64,000 nucleotides of DNA from Thermoplasmata archaeon (GTDB lineage: Archaea > Thermoplasmatota > Thermoplasmata > Lutacidiplasmatales > UBA184): positions 39,964-103,963 of the forward strand of contig JAKACD010000001.1 of assembly GCA_021821785.1 (NCBI GenBank), given 5' to 3'. A program made the translations under genes and the position numbers. Positions 56,797 through 64,000 of the stretch are shown here, one piece after another. Below the pieces are notes generated by a model. It saw only the letters and a list, made by a program, of their open reading frames with translations, was not told the DNA's origin and ran no database searches. The first letter of the stretch is position 1. The number at the start of each line of letters is the position of its first letter.

Positions 56797-57664
56797 GCCG
56801 GCCCTCGCCCCGGGGGCCCCGTCGTCCGTCCCGACCCACCCCTCCGATGTCCTCGCGACGCTGCAACAGCTCGGCGTCGCCCCCTCGAAGGGCTGGGGCC
56901 AGTCGTTCCTCACGGACCCGTTCGTCGCCGACGCCGAGGCGGCGTTGATCGGCTCCGCCGGCACGGACGGCGTCCTCGAGATCGGCGGCGGGCTCGGGAT
57001 CCTCACGGCCGCTATCTTGCGTCGCCGCCCCGGCCCGGTCACCGTGATCGAGCGGGACCCGCGGCTCGCGGGGTTCCTCCGATCGACCTTCGGCGACCAG
57101 ATCCGGCTGGTCGAGGGGGACGCGCTCGACGTCGAACTCCCGCGCGTCGGCTGCGCGATCGGGAACCTTCCCTACTCGGCCGCGACCGCGATCCTGGGCC
57201 GGCTGTTCGCCCGGCGGATCCCGCGCGTGATCTTCCTCGTCCAGCGGGAGGTCGCCGAGCGCCTGGCCGCCGGGCCGGGCTCGAAGACGTACGGACGGCT
57301 CTCGATCTTCGCCCGGCTCTACGGCACGGTCGAGCTCTACCGGACGGTCGGTGCCGAGGCGTTCTCCCCCCGACCCGAGGTCGAGAGCCGGATCGGCGTG
57401 CACACCGCGAGGGCGGGCCCGCTACCGGTCCCCCACGTTCCGACCCTCGAACGCGCCGTCGCGACGCTCTTCTCCTCGCGACGGAAGCAGCTCGGGAACC
57501 TCCTGCCCCGGCTCACCGCGTCCCGCGCGGAGGCCGACCGGCTCGCTGCGGAGGCCGGATGGCCGGCCGACTGGGCCGGACGGCGGCCCGAGGAGCTCGA
57601 CCCCGAGGCGTTCTTCGCGCTCGCGCGAGCGATCGACCGACCGCGGGCCCCCCGGCGCGACTGA
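56759..57664 (+). CDS. ksgA: 16S rRNA (adenine1518/1519-N6)-dimethyltransferase
   Basis: KGWGQSFLTD, VLEIGGGLGILT and GNLPYS are SAM-methyltransferase/KsgA motifs. The only in-frame start is GTG at 56759, overlapping DUF655 by 38 nt, so the start is uncertain. Confidence 0.8.
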   Translation: MSRTSTGSSSRRRPALAPGAPSSVPTHPSDVLATLQQLGVAPSKGWGQSFLTDPFVADAEAALIGSAGTDGVLEIGGGLGILTAAILRRRPGPVTVIERDPRLAGFLRSTFGDQIRLVEGDALDVELPRVGCAIGNLPYSAATAILGRLFARRIPRVIFLVQREVAERLAAGPGSKTYGRLSIFARLYGTVELYRTVGAEAFSPRPEVESRIGVHTARAGPLPVPHVPTLERAVATLFSSRRKQLGNLLPRLTASRAEADRLAAEAGWPADWAGRRPEELDPEAFFALARAIDRPRAPRRD

Positions 57665-57734
57665 CCCCGCGGGGGAGCCGACGGGCGGCGCCCCGAGCAG
57701 CGCCGGGGGCGCGGTCGCGTCCCCGAAAGGTCAG

Positions 57735-57748
57735 TTATATTTATATAG
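57735..57748 (+). promoter_or_regulatory. strong AT-rich TATA box (TTATATTTATATAG) about 35 nt upstream of the thermosome ATG
   Basis: A 14-nt pure A/T tract in 70% GC DNA, preceded by the purine-rich BRE-like CCGAAAGG. It is a typical archaeal (heat-shock) promoter. Confidence 0.65.
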
Positions 57749-57778
57749 AAGAGCAATTGTTCCATTCGCGGTGAATAC

Positions 57779-59401
57779 ATGCTTCAGGGTACCCCTATCC
57801 TCGTCCTGAAGGAAGGAACCGAGCGAGACCGCGGAAAGAGCGCCACGTCGAACAACATCGCGGCCGCCCGCGCGATCGCGGATACCGTGCGCACGACGCT
57901 CGGCCCGCGCGGCATGGACAAGATGCTGGTCGACTCGATGGGCGACATCACGATCACGAACGACGGCGTCACGATCCTGAAAGAGGTCGACGTCGAGCAC
58001 CCGGCCGCGAAGATGCTGGTGGAGGTCGCGAAGACCCAGGACCAGCAGTGCGGCGACGGGACCACGACCGCGGTCGTGCTGGCGGGCGAGCTCCTGAAGC
58101 GCTCGGAGCACCTCCTCGAGCAGAACGTCCACCCGACGGTCATCACCCGGGGATTCCAGCTCGCGGTCGCGGAGGCGAAGCGTCTCCTCGACGCGGAGAT
58201 CGGGACGGCGGTAAAGCCCGAGGACGAGCAGGTCCTGATCGACTGCGCGATGACGGCGATGGGCTCGAAGGGCGTCGCGGGCTCCCGCGACGAGCTCGCG
58301 CGGATCACCGTGAGCGCGGTCAAGAAGATCGCCGAGCAGCGCGGCGGCCGGACCGTCTGTGACGTCGATCAGATCAAGGTCGAGAAGCGGCACGGCGGGA
58401 CGATCGCGGACACCGAGCTCATCGAAGGGCTCGTCCTGGACAAGGAGCGCGGCCACCCGCGCATGCCCGGCGAGATCGCCGAGGCGAAGATCGCGCTATT
58501 GAACTCGGCGCTCGAGATCAAGAAGACCGAGATCGAGAGCAAGATCAACATCAAGAACCCGGCCCAGATCCAGAGCTTCCTCGACGAGGAAGACAAGACC
58601 TTCCGCCAGATGGTCCAGGCGATCCGGGCCTCGGGCGCGAACGTGGTCGTCTGCCAGAAGGGAATCGACGACGTCGTCCTCCACTACCTCGCGAAGGAAG
58701 GGATCTACGCCGTCAAGCAGGTCAAGGAGTCCGACCTCCAGAAGCTGGCCCGCGCGACCGGCGGCAAGATCGTGACCGGGATCAAGGAGCTCACCCCGAA
58801 CGACCTCGGCCGGGCCGCGAAGGTCGACGAGCGCCGGGTCGGCGAGGACAAGATGACCTTCGTCACCGGCTGCGCGAACCCCCGCTCGGTCTCGATCCTG
58901 ATCCGGGGCGGTACCGAGCACGTCACGCAGGAGGTCGAGCGCTCGCTCCAGGACGCCCTCAAGGTCGTCGGGAGCGTGCTCGAGGACGGCGTGGTCTGTC
59001 CGGGCGGCGGCGCCACGGAGATCGACCTCGCGGTGAAGCTCCGGAAGTGGGCTGGCACGGTCGGTGGCCGGGAGCAGCTCGCGGTCGAGGCGTTCGCCCA
59101 GTCGCTCGAGGCGATCCCGTGGGCCCTCGCGGAGAACGGGGGCTACGACTCGATCAACGTCCTGATCGACCTGCGCAGCGCGCACGACGGACCCGCGGCG
59201 AACAAGAACGTGGGCGTCAACCTCACGGACGGCAAGGTGGCCGACATGTGGAAGCTCCATGTGATCGAGCCGGCCCGGGTGAAACGCCAGGCGCTCAACT
59301 CGGCCGCAGAGGTCGCGAACATGGTCCTGCGCATCGACGACGTCATCGCGTCGAAGAAGTCGGCGCCTCCGGCGGGCGGGGGCGGCGGCCACGACCACTA
59401 G
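57779..59401 (+). CDS. ths: thermosome subunit (group II chaperonin)
   Basis: [22 protein letters not shown]...GPRGMDKML...ITNDGVTIL...[15 protein letters not shown], with a C-terminal GGM-like tail ([11 protein letters not shown]). Length is 540 aa. Confidence 0.95.
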   Translation: MLQGTPILVLKEGTERDRGKSATSNNIAAARAIADTVRTTLGPRGMDKMLVDSMGDITITNDGVTILKEVDVEHPAAKMLVEVAKTQDQQCGDGTTTAVVLAGELLKRSEHLLEQNVHPTVITRGFQLAVAEAKRLLDAEIGTAVKPEDEQVLIDCAMTAMGSKGVAGSRDELARITVSAVKKIAEQRGGRTVCDVDQIKVEKRHGGTIADTELIEGLVLDKERGHPRMPGEIAEAKIALLNSALEIKKTEIESKINIKNPAQIQSFLDEEDKTFRQMVQAIRASGANVVVCQKGIDDVVLHYLAKEGIYAVKQVKESDLQKLARATGGKIVTGIKELTPNDLGRAAKVDERRVGEDKMTFVTGCANPRSVSILIRGGTEHVTQEVERSLQDALKVVGSVLEDGVVCPGGGATEIDLAVKLRKWAGTVGGREQLAVEAFAQSLEAIPWALAENGGYDSINVLIDLRSAHDGPAANKNVGVNLTDGKVADMWKLHVIEPARVKRQALNSAAEVANMVLRIDDVIASKKSAPPAGGGGGHDH

Positions 59402-59487
59402 GACCTTCGGAACCCTTTCCTCGGGCCGGCGGGACTCTCCCGGCCGGCCCGAAGCCTTCTTAATCGGAGTCGGGTACGCCGCACGCC

Positions 59488-59892
59488 ATGCGCACGAAGC
59501 CCGTGGAGGGTGTCCTTCGGCTCGACATCGTCGCGCTCGAACCGCGCCCCGCGATCTACCTGGCCTACGACGGGCTCGCCGGGATCAGCCAGCGGCCGAT
59601 CCTCCGCGATCTCGTGGAGGAGCTCGAGCGGAAGGGGTCGGAGGCGCTGCCGAAGTTCCTTGACGCGCTCCGCCAGCACCACTCGGCCCAGGTCCACGTC
59701 TACTTCTCGGACTACGTGAGCTACGGGATCGGCGGCGGCGATGCCGCCGCGGAGTTCTTCCTCGGCACGTACCTCCTGCTCCACGAGAGCGCGCGCTCCG
59801 CGGGCAAGGAGACCGCCGCGGTCCCCGAGCACCTCGCGCTCTTCCGGCCGGGCGGCGTGGAGCGGCTCGCGCTCGAGAACCCCGCGAGCTAA
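59488..59892 (+). CDS. hypothetical protein (134 aa)
   Basis: It sits between the thermosome and lysS. CTTAAT lies about 27 nt upstream. No family recognised. Confidence 0.35.
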   Translation: MRTKPVEGVLRLDIVALEPRPAIYLAYDGLAGISQRPILRDLVEELERKGSEALPKFLDALRQHHSAQVHVYFSDYVSYGIGGGDAAAEFFLGTYLLLHESARSAGKETAAVPEHLALFRPGGVERLALENPAS

Positions 59893-59947
59893 CCCGGCGC
59901 CCGTCGGGAGCCTTTTCTACCCCGAACCTCCTCGGCCTTCCCGACCG

Positions 59948-61423
59948 ATGGACGAGGAAACTCCGCTCGAGCGCGAGCGACGCGCGAAGGTGGCCCGCTG
60001 GCGGGCGGACGGCCGCGAGCCGTACCCGTGGTCGTTCCCGGGGCGCGTCGACTCCGGGGTCGTCCGGGCCGCGTGCGCGGCGCTCGCCCCCGGGACCGAG
60101 GAGCCGGCCCGGAGCTTTCGCGTGGGCGGACGCCTCAAGATCGTCCGCCAGCACGGCCGAACCGCCTTCGTGGACCTCGAGGACCTCGCGGGGGGCCTTC
60201 AGCTCATCCTTCGGGTCGACGAGCTCGGCGAGGAGGCCTACCGCGCCTGGCTCGCGGACCTCGACCCGGGCGACCTCGTCGGGGCCGACGGGATCGCGGC
60301 CGTCTCCCGGCGGGGCGAGCCGTCCCTGCTCGTACGGAGCCTGACGCTGCTCGCCAAGGCGATTACGCCGCCGCCGGAGAAGTACCACGGGCTCCAGGAC
60401 GTCGAAGAGCGGCTGCGGCGCCGCTATGTGGACCTCCTGGCCTCGGCCGAGGTTCGGGAGCGCTTCCGCGTCCGCACGCTCCTCGTGCGGGAGATCCGGC
60501 AGTACTTCGACGCCCTCGATTTCCTCGAGGTGGAGACGCCGATCCTCCAGACGGTCGCGAGCGGCGCCGCCGCGGCGCCGTTCGTGACCCGGTCGAACTA
60601 CCTGGGCCGGGAGCTACAACTGAGAATCGCCGAGGAGCTGCCCTTGAAGCGACTCCTCGTAGGAGGGCTCGAACGGGTCTACGAGATTGGCCGGGCGTTC
60701 CGGAACGAGGACCTGGACTCGACGCACTCGCCCGAGTTCACCGAGCTCGAGGCGTACTGGGCGTACGCCGACTACCACGATATGCGTCGTCTCACCGAGG
60801 GGCTCTACGAGCGTCTCGCGCGGCGCACCGTGGAGCTATGGCCCGACCGACCCGAGGTCGCCCGCGCCGCGGAGCGGTTCCAGCCCCCGTTCCCGACGCT
60901 CGACTTCGTGGACGCCCTCGAGGCGGCGAGCGGGATCCCCCGGCTCCTCGAGAAGAGCCGGGAGGAGCTGCGCGCGCTCGCCCGCGCGGCCGGCTCGACC
61001 GTACCGGACAACTCCTCCACCGGCACGTTCCTCGACAAGCTGTTCGAGCACTACGTGGAACCATCGATCGACCGGGTGACGTTCGTGGTCGACTTCCCCA
61101 CGGCGACCACCCCGCTCGCGAAGCGGCACCGCTCGAAGCCCGGCCGTGTCGAGCGGTTCGAGGTCTTCGCCCCCGGCTTTGAGCTCGCGAACGCCTACAC
61201 CGAGCTCACCGACCCGGACGAGCAGGAGGAGCGGTTCCGAAGCCAGCTCGGCGAGCGGGGCGACGACGCGTATGCCCACGACGCCGACTTCGTCGAGGCG
61301 CTGCGCTACGGTCTCCCCCCGACCACCGGCATCGGGATGGGGATCGATCGGCTCGTCATGGCGCTCCTCGGCCTCTCGTCGATCAAGGACGCGCTCCTGT
61401 TCCCCCTCGTCCGATCCCGCTGA
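59948..61423 (+). CDS. lysS: lysyl-tRNA synthetase, class II
   Basis: An N-terminal OB anticodon-binding domain is followed by class II motifs 1-3 (...FLEVETPIL..., ...YEIGRAFRNEDLDSTHSPEFTELE..., ...GIGMGIDRLVMALLG). Confidence 0.92.
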   Translation: MDEETPLERERRAKVARWRADGREPYPWSFPGRVDSGVVRAACAALAPGTEEPARSFRVGGRLKIVRQHGRTAFVDLEDLAGGLQLILRVDELGEEAYRAWLADLDPGDLVGADGIAAVSRRGEPSLLVRSLTLLAKAITPPPEKYHGLQDVEERLRRRYVDLLASAEVRERFRVRTLLVREIRQYFDALDFLEVETPILQTVASGAAAAPFVTRSNYLGRELQLRIAEELPLKRLLVGGLERVYEIGRAFRNEDLDSTHSPEFTELEAYWAYADYHDMRRLTEGLYERLARRTVELWPDRPEVARAAERFQPPFPTLDFVDALEAASGIPRLLEKSREELRALARAAGSTVPDNSSTGTFLDKLFEHYVEPSIDRVTFVVDFPTATTPLAKRHRSKPGRVERFEVFAPGFELANAYTELTDPDEQEERFRSQLGERGDDAYAHDADFVEALRYGLPPTTGIGMGIDRLVMALLGLSSIKDALLFPLVRSR

Positions 61424-61469
61424 GCGGTCGGGCAGTCCCCTTATACCGTCCCCCGGACGATAGACCGGC

Positions 61470-62258
61470 ATGGCCGAAGCCGTCGTGCCGCTCCGGGTGG
61501 ATGGGCTCTCCGTCGTGTACGGTGAGCGCCCGGCGGTCGACCGGCTCTCCTTCACCGTCGGCCGCGGCGAGATCTACGGGCTCCTCGGTTCGAACGGGGC
61601 GGGGAAGACGAGCACGATCCGCTCGATCGTAGGACTGGTCCAACCGGTGGGCGGGCGCGTGGAGGTCTTTGGCCTGGACCACCGCACGATGGGCCGGCGC
61701 GTGAAGGAGCTCATCGGCTACGTGCCGGAGGTCTCGCTGCTCTACGAGGCCCTCACGCCCCGCGAATTCCTCGAGTTCGTCGCGAGCGTCCGGCGGCTCG
61801 ACCCGAAGGTCGCTTCGGAGCGGGCCCGGAACTACGCGAACGCCTTCCAGCTAGTCGAGGAGTTCGACGAGCCGATCGTCACGCTCTCGAACGGCACGCG
61901 CCAGAAGGTCCTCCTCCTCGCAGCCTTCCTCCACCAGCCGCCCCTTCTCGTCCTGGACGAGCCGCTGAACGGCCTCGACCCTCGGTCGGTCCGGATCATG
62001 AAGGAGCTCCTCGCCCGCTACGCCGCGAACGGAGACCGGGGCGTCCTGTTCTCGACCCACACGATGGAGGTCGCCGAGCAGCTCTGCCATCGCGTAGGGA
62101 TCCTCGACCGCGGGGTCCTGCGGGGCGAGGGGACGGTCGCCGCCTTGCGGGAGAAGGTCCGGGCCGGGGACGCCTCGCTCGAAGAGGTCTTCCTACGGCT
62201 CACCGAAGAGCGGGAGGCGGTCCGGGCCGCGGTCGACGCGCTCGGAGGCCCGGAATAA
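61470..62258 (+). CDS. ABC transporter ATP-binding protein (ABC-2 type)
   Basis: GLLGSNGAGKTST is the Walker A motif, LSNGTRQKV is the ABC signature variant and LVLDEP is Walker B. Confidence 0.88.
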   Translation: MAEAVVPLRVDGLSVVYGERPAVDRLSFTVGRGEIYGLLGSNGAGKTSTIRSIVGLVQPVGGRVEVFGLDHRTMGRRVKELIGYVPEVSLLYEALTPREFLEFVASVRRLDPKVASERARNYANAFQLVEEFDEPIVTLSNGTRQKVLLLAAFLHQPPLLVLDEPLNGLDPRSVRIMKELLARYAANGDRGVLFSTHTMEVAEQLCHRVGILDRGVLRGEGTVAALREKVRAGDASLEEVFLRLTEEREAVRAAVDALGGPE

Positions 62259-63922
62259 TGAGCTGGCGGGAGGCCGCGCGACTGAGCGACGTCGCCTTCA
62301 CCGAGCTCGCCCTCCAGGCGATCTTCGCGCTGCGACAGGGGAACGTGCTTCCGCCGGGTCCGGCCCGGGCGCTCGTCCCCCGGGCCCGACGGCGTGTCCT
62401 CCAGAGCAAGCTCGTGATCGGCGGGGTCCTCGCCCTCTTCACGCTCGGGGGCGCGTACGCCCTCAGCTCGGCGCCGCTCCTCCACTCCAGCTTGGCCCAG
62501 GGGATCTCTTCCGGCGAGTTCCGAGCGGGTCTCCTCACCGGTCTCTTCAGCCTCGACGTCGCGTTCCTCTGGTGGACGGGAATGCAGGTGTTGCCGACCT
62601 TCCTGGCCGCCGGCGTCTTTCCCCTCCTCGAGACCCTCCCGATCGACGAACGGACCGTCGCTCGGACCGCGAGCCTCCTCTACCTGCGCCTGTTCGACCT
62701 GCCGGCGCTCACGATCCTCGTCGTCACGCCCCTTTTCGTCGGGCTCGAGCTCGGACCGCTCGCCGGCCTCGCGGTCGTGCCGGGCGCGGTCGCCACGGTC
62801 GCCTTTGCGCTCGCCCTCTCGCTCCTGACGGGGCGGTTCTTCGTGCGCCGGGTCCAAGGCTCGCGCGGAGGCGGGGGGAACGCCGTCGTGCGGTGGGGGT
62901 ACCTCGTGCTCTGGCTGCTCCCCGCGTTCGCGATGTTCGGCTTCGTCATCGCGGCGCCCGGGTACTTCTCGCTATTGCGATCGATCGCCGAGACCGGCTC
63001 CTCGACGGCCGGCGACCTCTTGTTCGGCGCCTTCCCATTCCCGTTCGCGGCGTTGGCGGCGATCACGGCCAGCGGCCCGGACGGGATGGGGCTCGCGGCG
63101 GGCGGCCTCGACGTGCTCGTCGCGGCGCTCGGGGGCTACCTCGCGCTCGCCGCCGTCGCGATCTACTGGGTCTTCGCGTCCGTCCGACGGATCGGGCTCG
63201 TCCCGGCGACCGGGGTCCGGCCGCTCATGCCCCGCGCGGTCGCGCTGCACTCGGTCCGCCCGGCGTACGCGGTGCTCGTCAAGGACCTTCGGATCGCGAG
63301 CCGAACACCGGGGTACGCGTTCCTCATCCTCCTGCCGATCCTGGACGCGCTCGCCCTGGGACTCTGGACCTACGCGAGCGCCCCGAGCGCGACCGCGGCG
63401 AACAGCCTCGGTCTCGCCGCCGTGACGACCTCGGCGCTCCTCGCAACCTTCTTTGGTCCCGCGTTCTTCGCCATCGAGGTGTTCGCTCACTCCTACGCCC
63501 GGACCCTGCCCCTCTCGGGCCGGTCGCTGCTCGGTGGGAAGGTCGCCCTGGTCGCAGGGATGTACCTCGTGGCGAGCGCCGTCGTTGCCGGCCTCACGCT
63601 CCCCCGGGTCTTCGACCCGACGCTCTTTCTCGGGTTCATCGCGGCCGAGCTTCCGGCGGTGCTCGCCGCGAGCCTCCTCGAGCTCGGCATCCTCCTCCGC
63701 CGGGCGGAGGCCCGCGGTCTCCCGATCACGAACCTCTACGCCGGCGCCTGGATCGCCTTCCTCGTTGCGATCCCGGGCCTCCTCGTCGCGAGCCTGCCGC
63801 TCGTGGCGTTCCAGCTCGCGGGAGCGTGGACCCCCGACCTCGCCCTGTCCCTGATGGGGCTGGTCGCCCTCGCCGAGTTGGCCCTGGCAGCTCCGTTCGC
63901 CGCCGGGAGGGAGCGCTCCTGA
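62258..63922 (+). CDS. large polytopic membrane protein, probable permease partner of the ABC ATPase (putative ABC exporter family)
   Basis: 554 aa with at least 12 predicted TM helices. The start codon immediately follows the ATPase stop. Confidence 0.55.
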   Translation: MSWREAARLSDVAFTELALQAIFALRQGNVLPPGPARALVPRARRRVLQSKLVIGGVLALFTLGGAYALSSAPLLHSSLAQGISSGEFRAGLLTGLFSLDVAFLWWTGMQVLPTFLAAGVFPLLETLPIDERTVARTASLLYLRLFDLPALTILVVTPLFVGLELGPLAGLAVVPGAVATVAFALALSLLTGRFFVRRVQGSRGGGGNAVVRWGYLVLWLLPAFAMFGFVIAAPGYFSLLRSIAETGSSTAGDLLFGAFPFPFAALAAITASGPDGMGLAAGGLDVLVAALGGYLALAAVAIYWVFASVRRIGLVPATGVRPLMPRAVALHSVRPAYAVLVKDLRIASRTPGYAFLILLPILDALALGLWTYASAPSATAANSLGLAAVTTSALLATFFGPAFFAIEVFAHSYARTLPLSGRSLLGGKVALVAGMYLVASAVVAGLTLPRVFDPTLFLGFIAAELPAVLAASLLELGILLRRAEARGLPITNLYAGAWIAFLVAIPGLLVASLPLVAFQLAGAWTPDLALSLMGLVALAELALAAPFAAGRERS

Positions 63923-64000
63923 GCGCTCCGTCGCTCCCGACGCGCTTCGACCCGGCGGAGGTCGACGCGCGCTGGCAGGCCGAGTGGGCACGGCACCACG
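63922..64000 (+). CDS. N-terminus of a class I aminoacyl-tRNA synthetase (Val/Ile/Leu type), running off the window
   Basis: SAPSLPTRFDPAEVDARWQAEWARHH matches the conserved (Y/F)DPxEVExxWQxxW N-terminal motif of ValRS/LeuRS/IleRS. The start codon is unresolved. Confidence 0.5.

Noticed and set aside
63908-63930. Tandem GAGCGCTCC-T-GAGCGCTCC repeat at the permease stop / aaRS start junction
   Set aside because: Two copies only, within coding or junction sequence. It is most simply coincidental, or a small slippage duplication with no evident function.

Overview
This window is a roughly 70% GC stretch of archaeal chromosome, gene-dense on both strands. Several things point to a Thermoplasmatota-like euryarchaeon: thermosome, the Pus10-L21e-RpoF-DUF655-KsgA cluster, Dph2, aNAC, a PAC2 proteasome chaperone, class II HMG-CoA reductase, class II LysRS, a split-type LplA N-domain, DNA gyrase B and archaeal XerA. 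The content is mostly housekeeping. It includes a pyruvate:ferredoxin oxidoreductase operon, amino-acid and purine metabolism, five aminoacyl-tRNA/tRNA-modification genes and three tRNA genes (Thr-GGU, Val-CAC, Cys-GCA). I found no CRISPR array, rRNA or obvious transposon, and no single locus that is unambiguously a novel system. The ranked candidates are listed here. (1) A CBS-domain protein with a C-terminal HPF/YfiA-like tail, in an operon with aNAC and a NUDIX hydrolase. (2) A UDP-sulfoquinovose synthase / NTP-transferase / M20 / GT4 / GT4 glycosylation cluster. (3) A DtxR-like regulator and metal transporter with a perfect palindromic operator next to the promoter. (4) A hairpin-rich 322-bp leader upstream of thrC. 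(5) A degraded bacterial-type adenylate-cyclase/TPR pseudogene next to tRNA-Cys. (6) A QW-motif terpene-cyclase-like protein. (7) A recurring palindromic CCTTAAG TATA-like element roughly 26-40 nt upstream of several start codons, consistent with leaderless or short-leader transcripts. Many long ORFs in the six-frame track are antisense or alternate-frame artefacts of the high GC and were not called.
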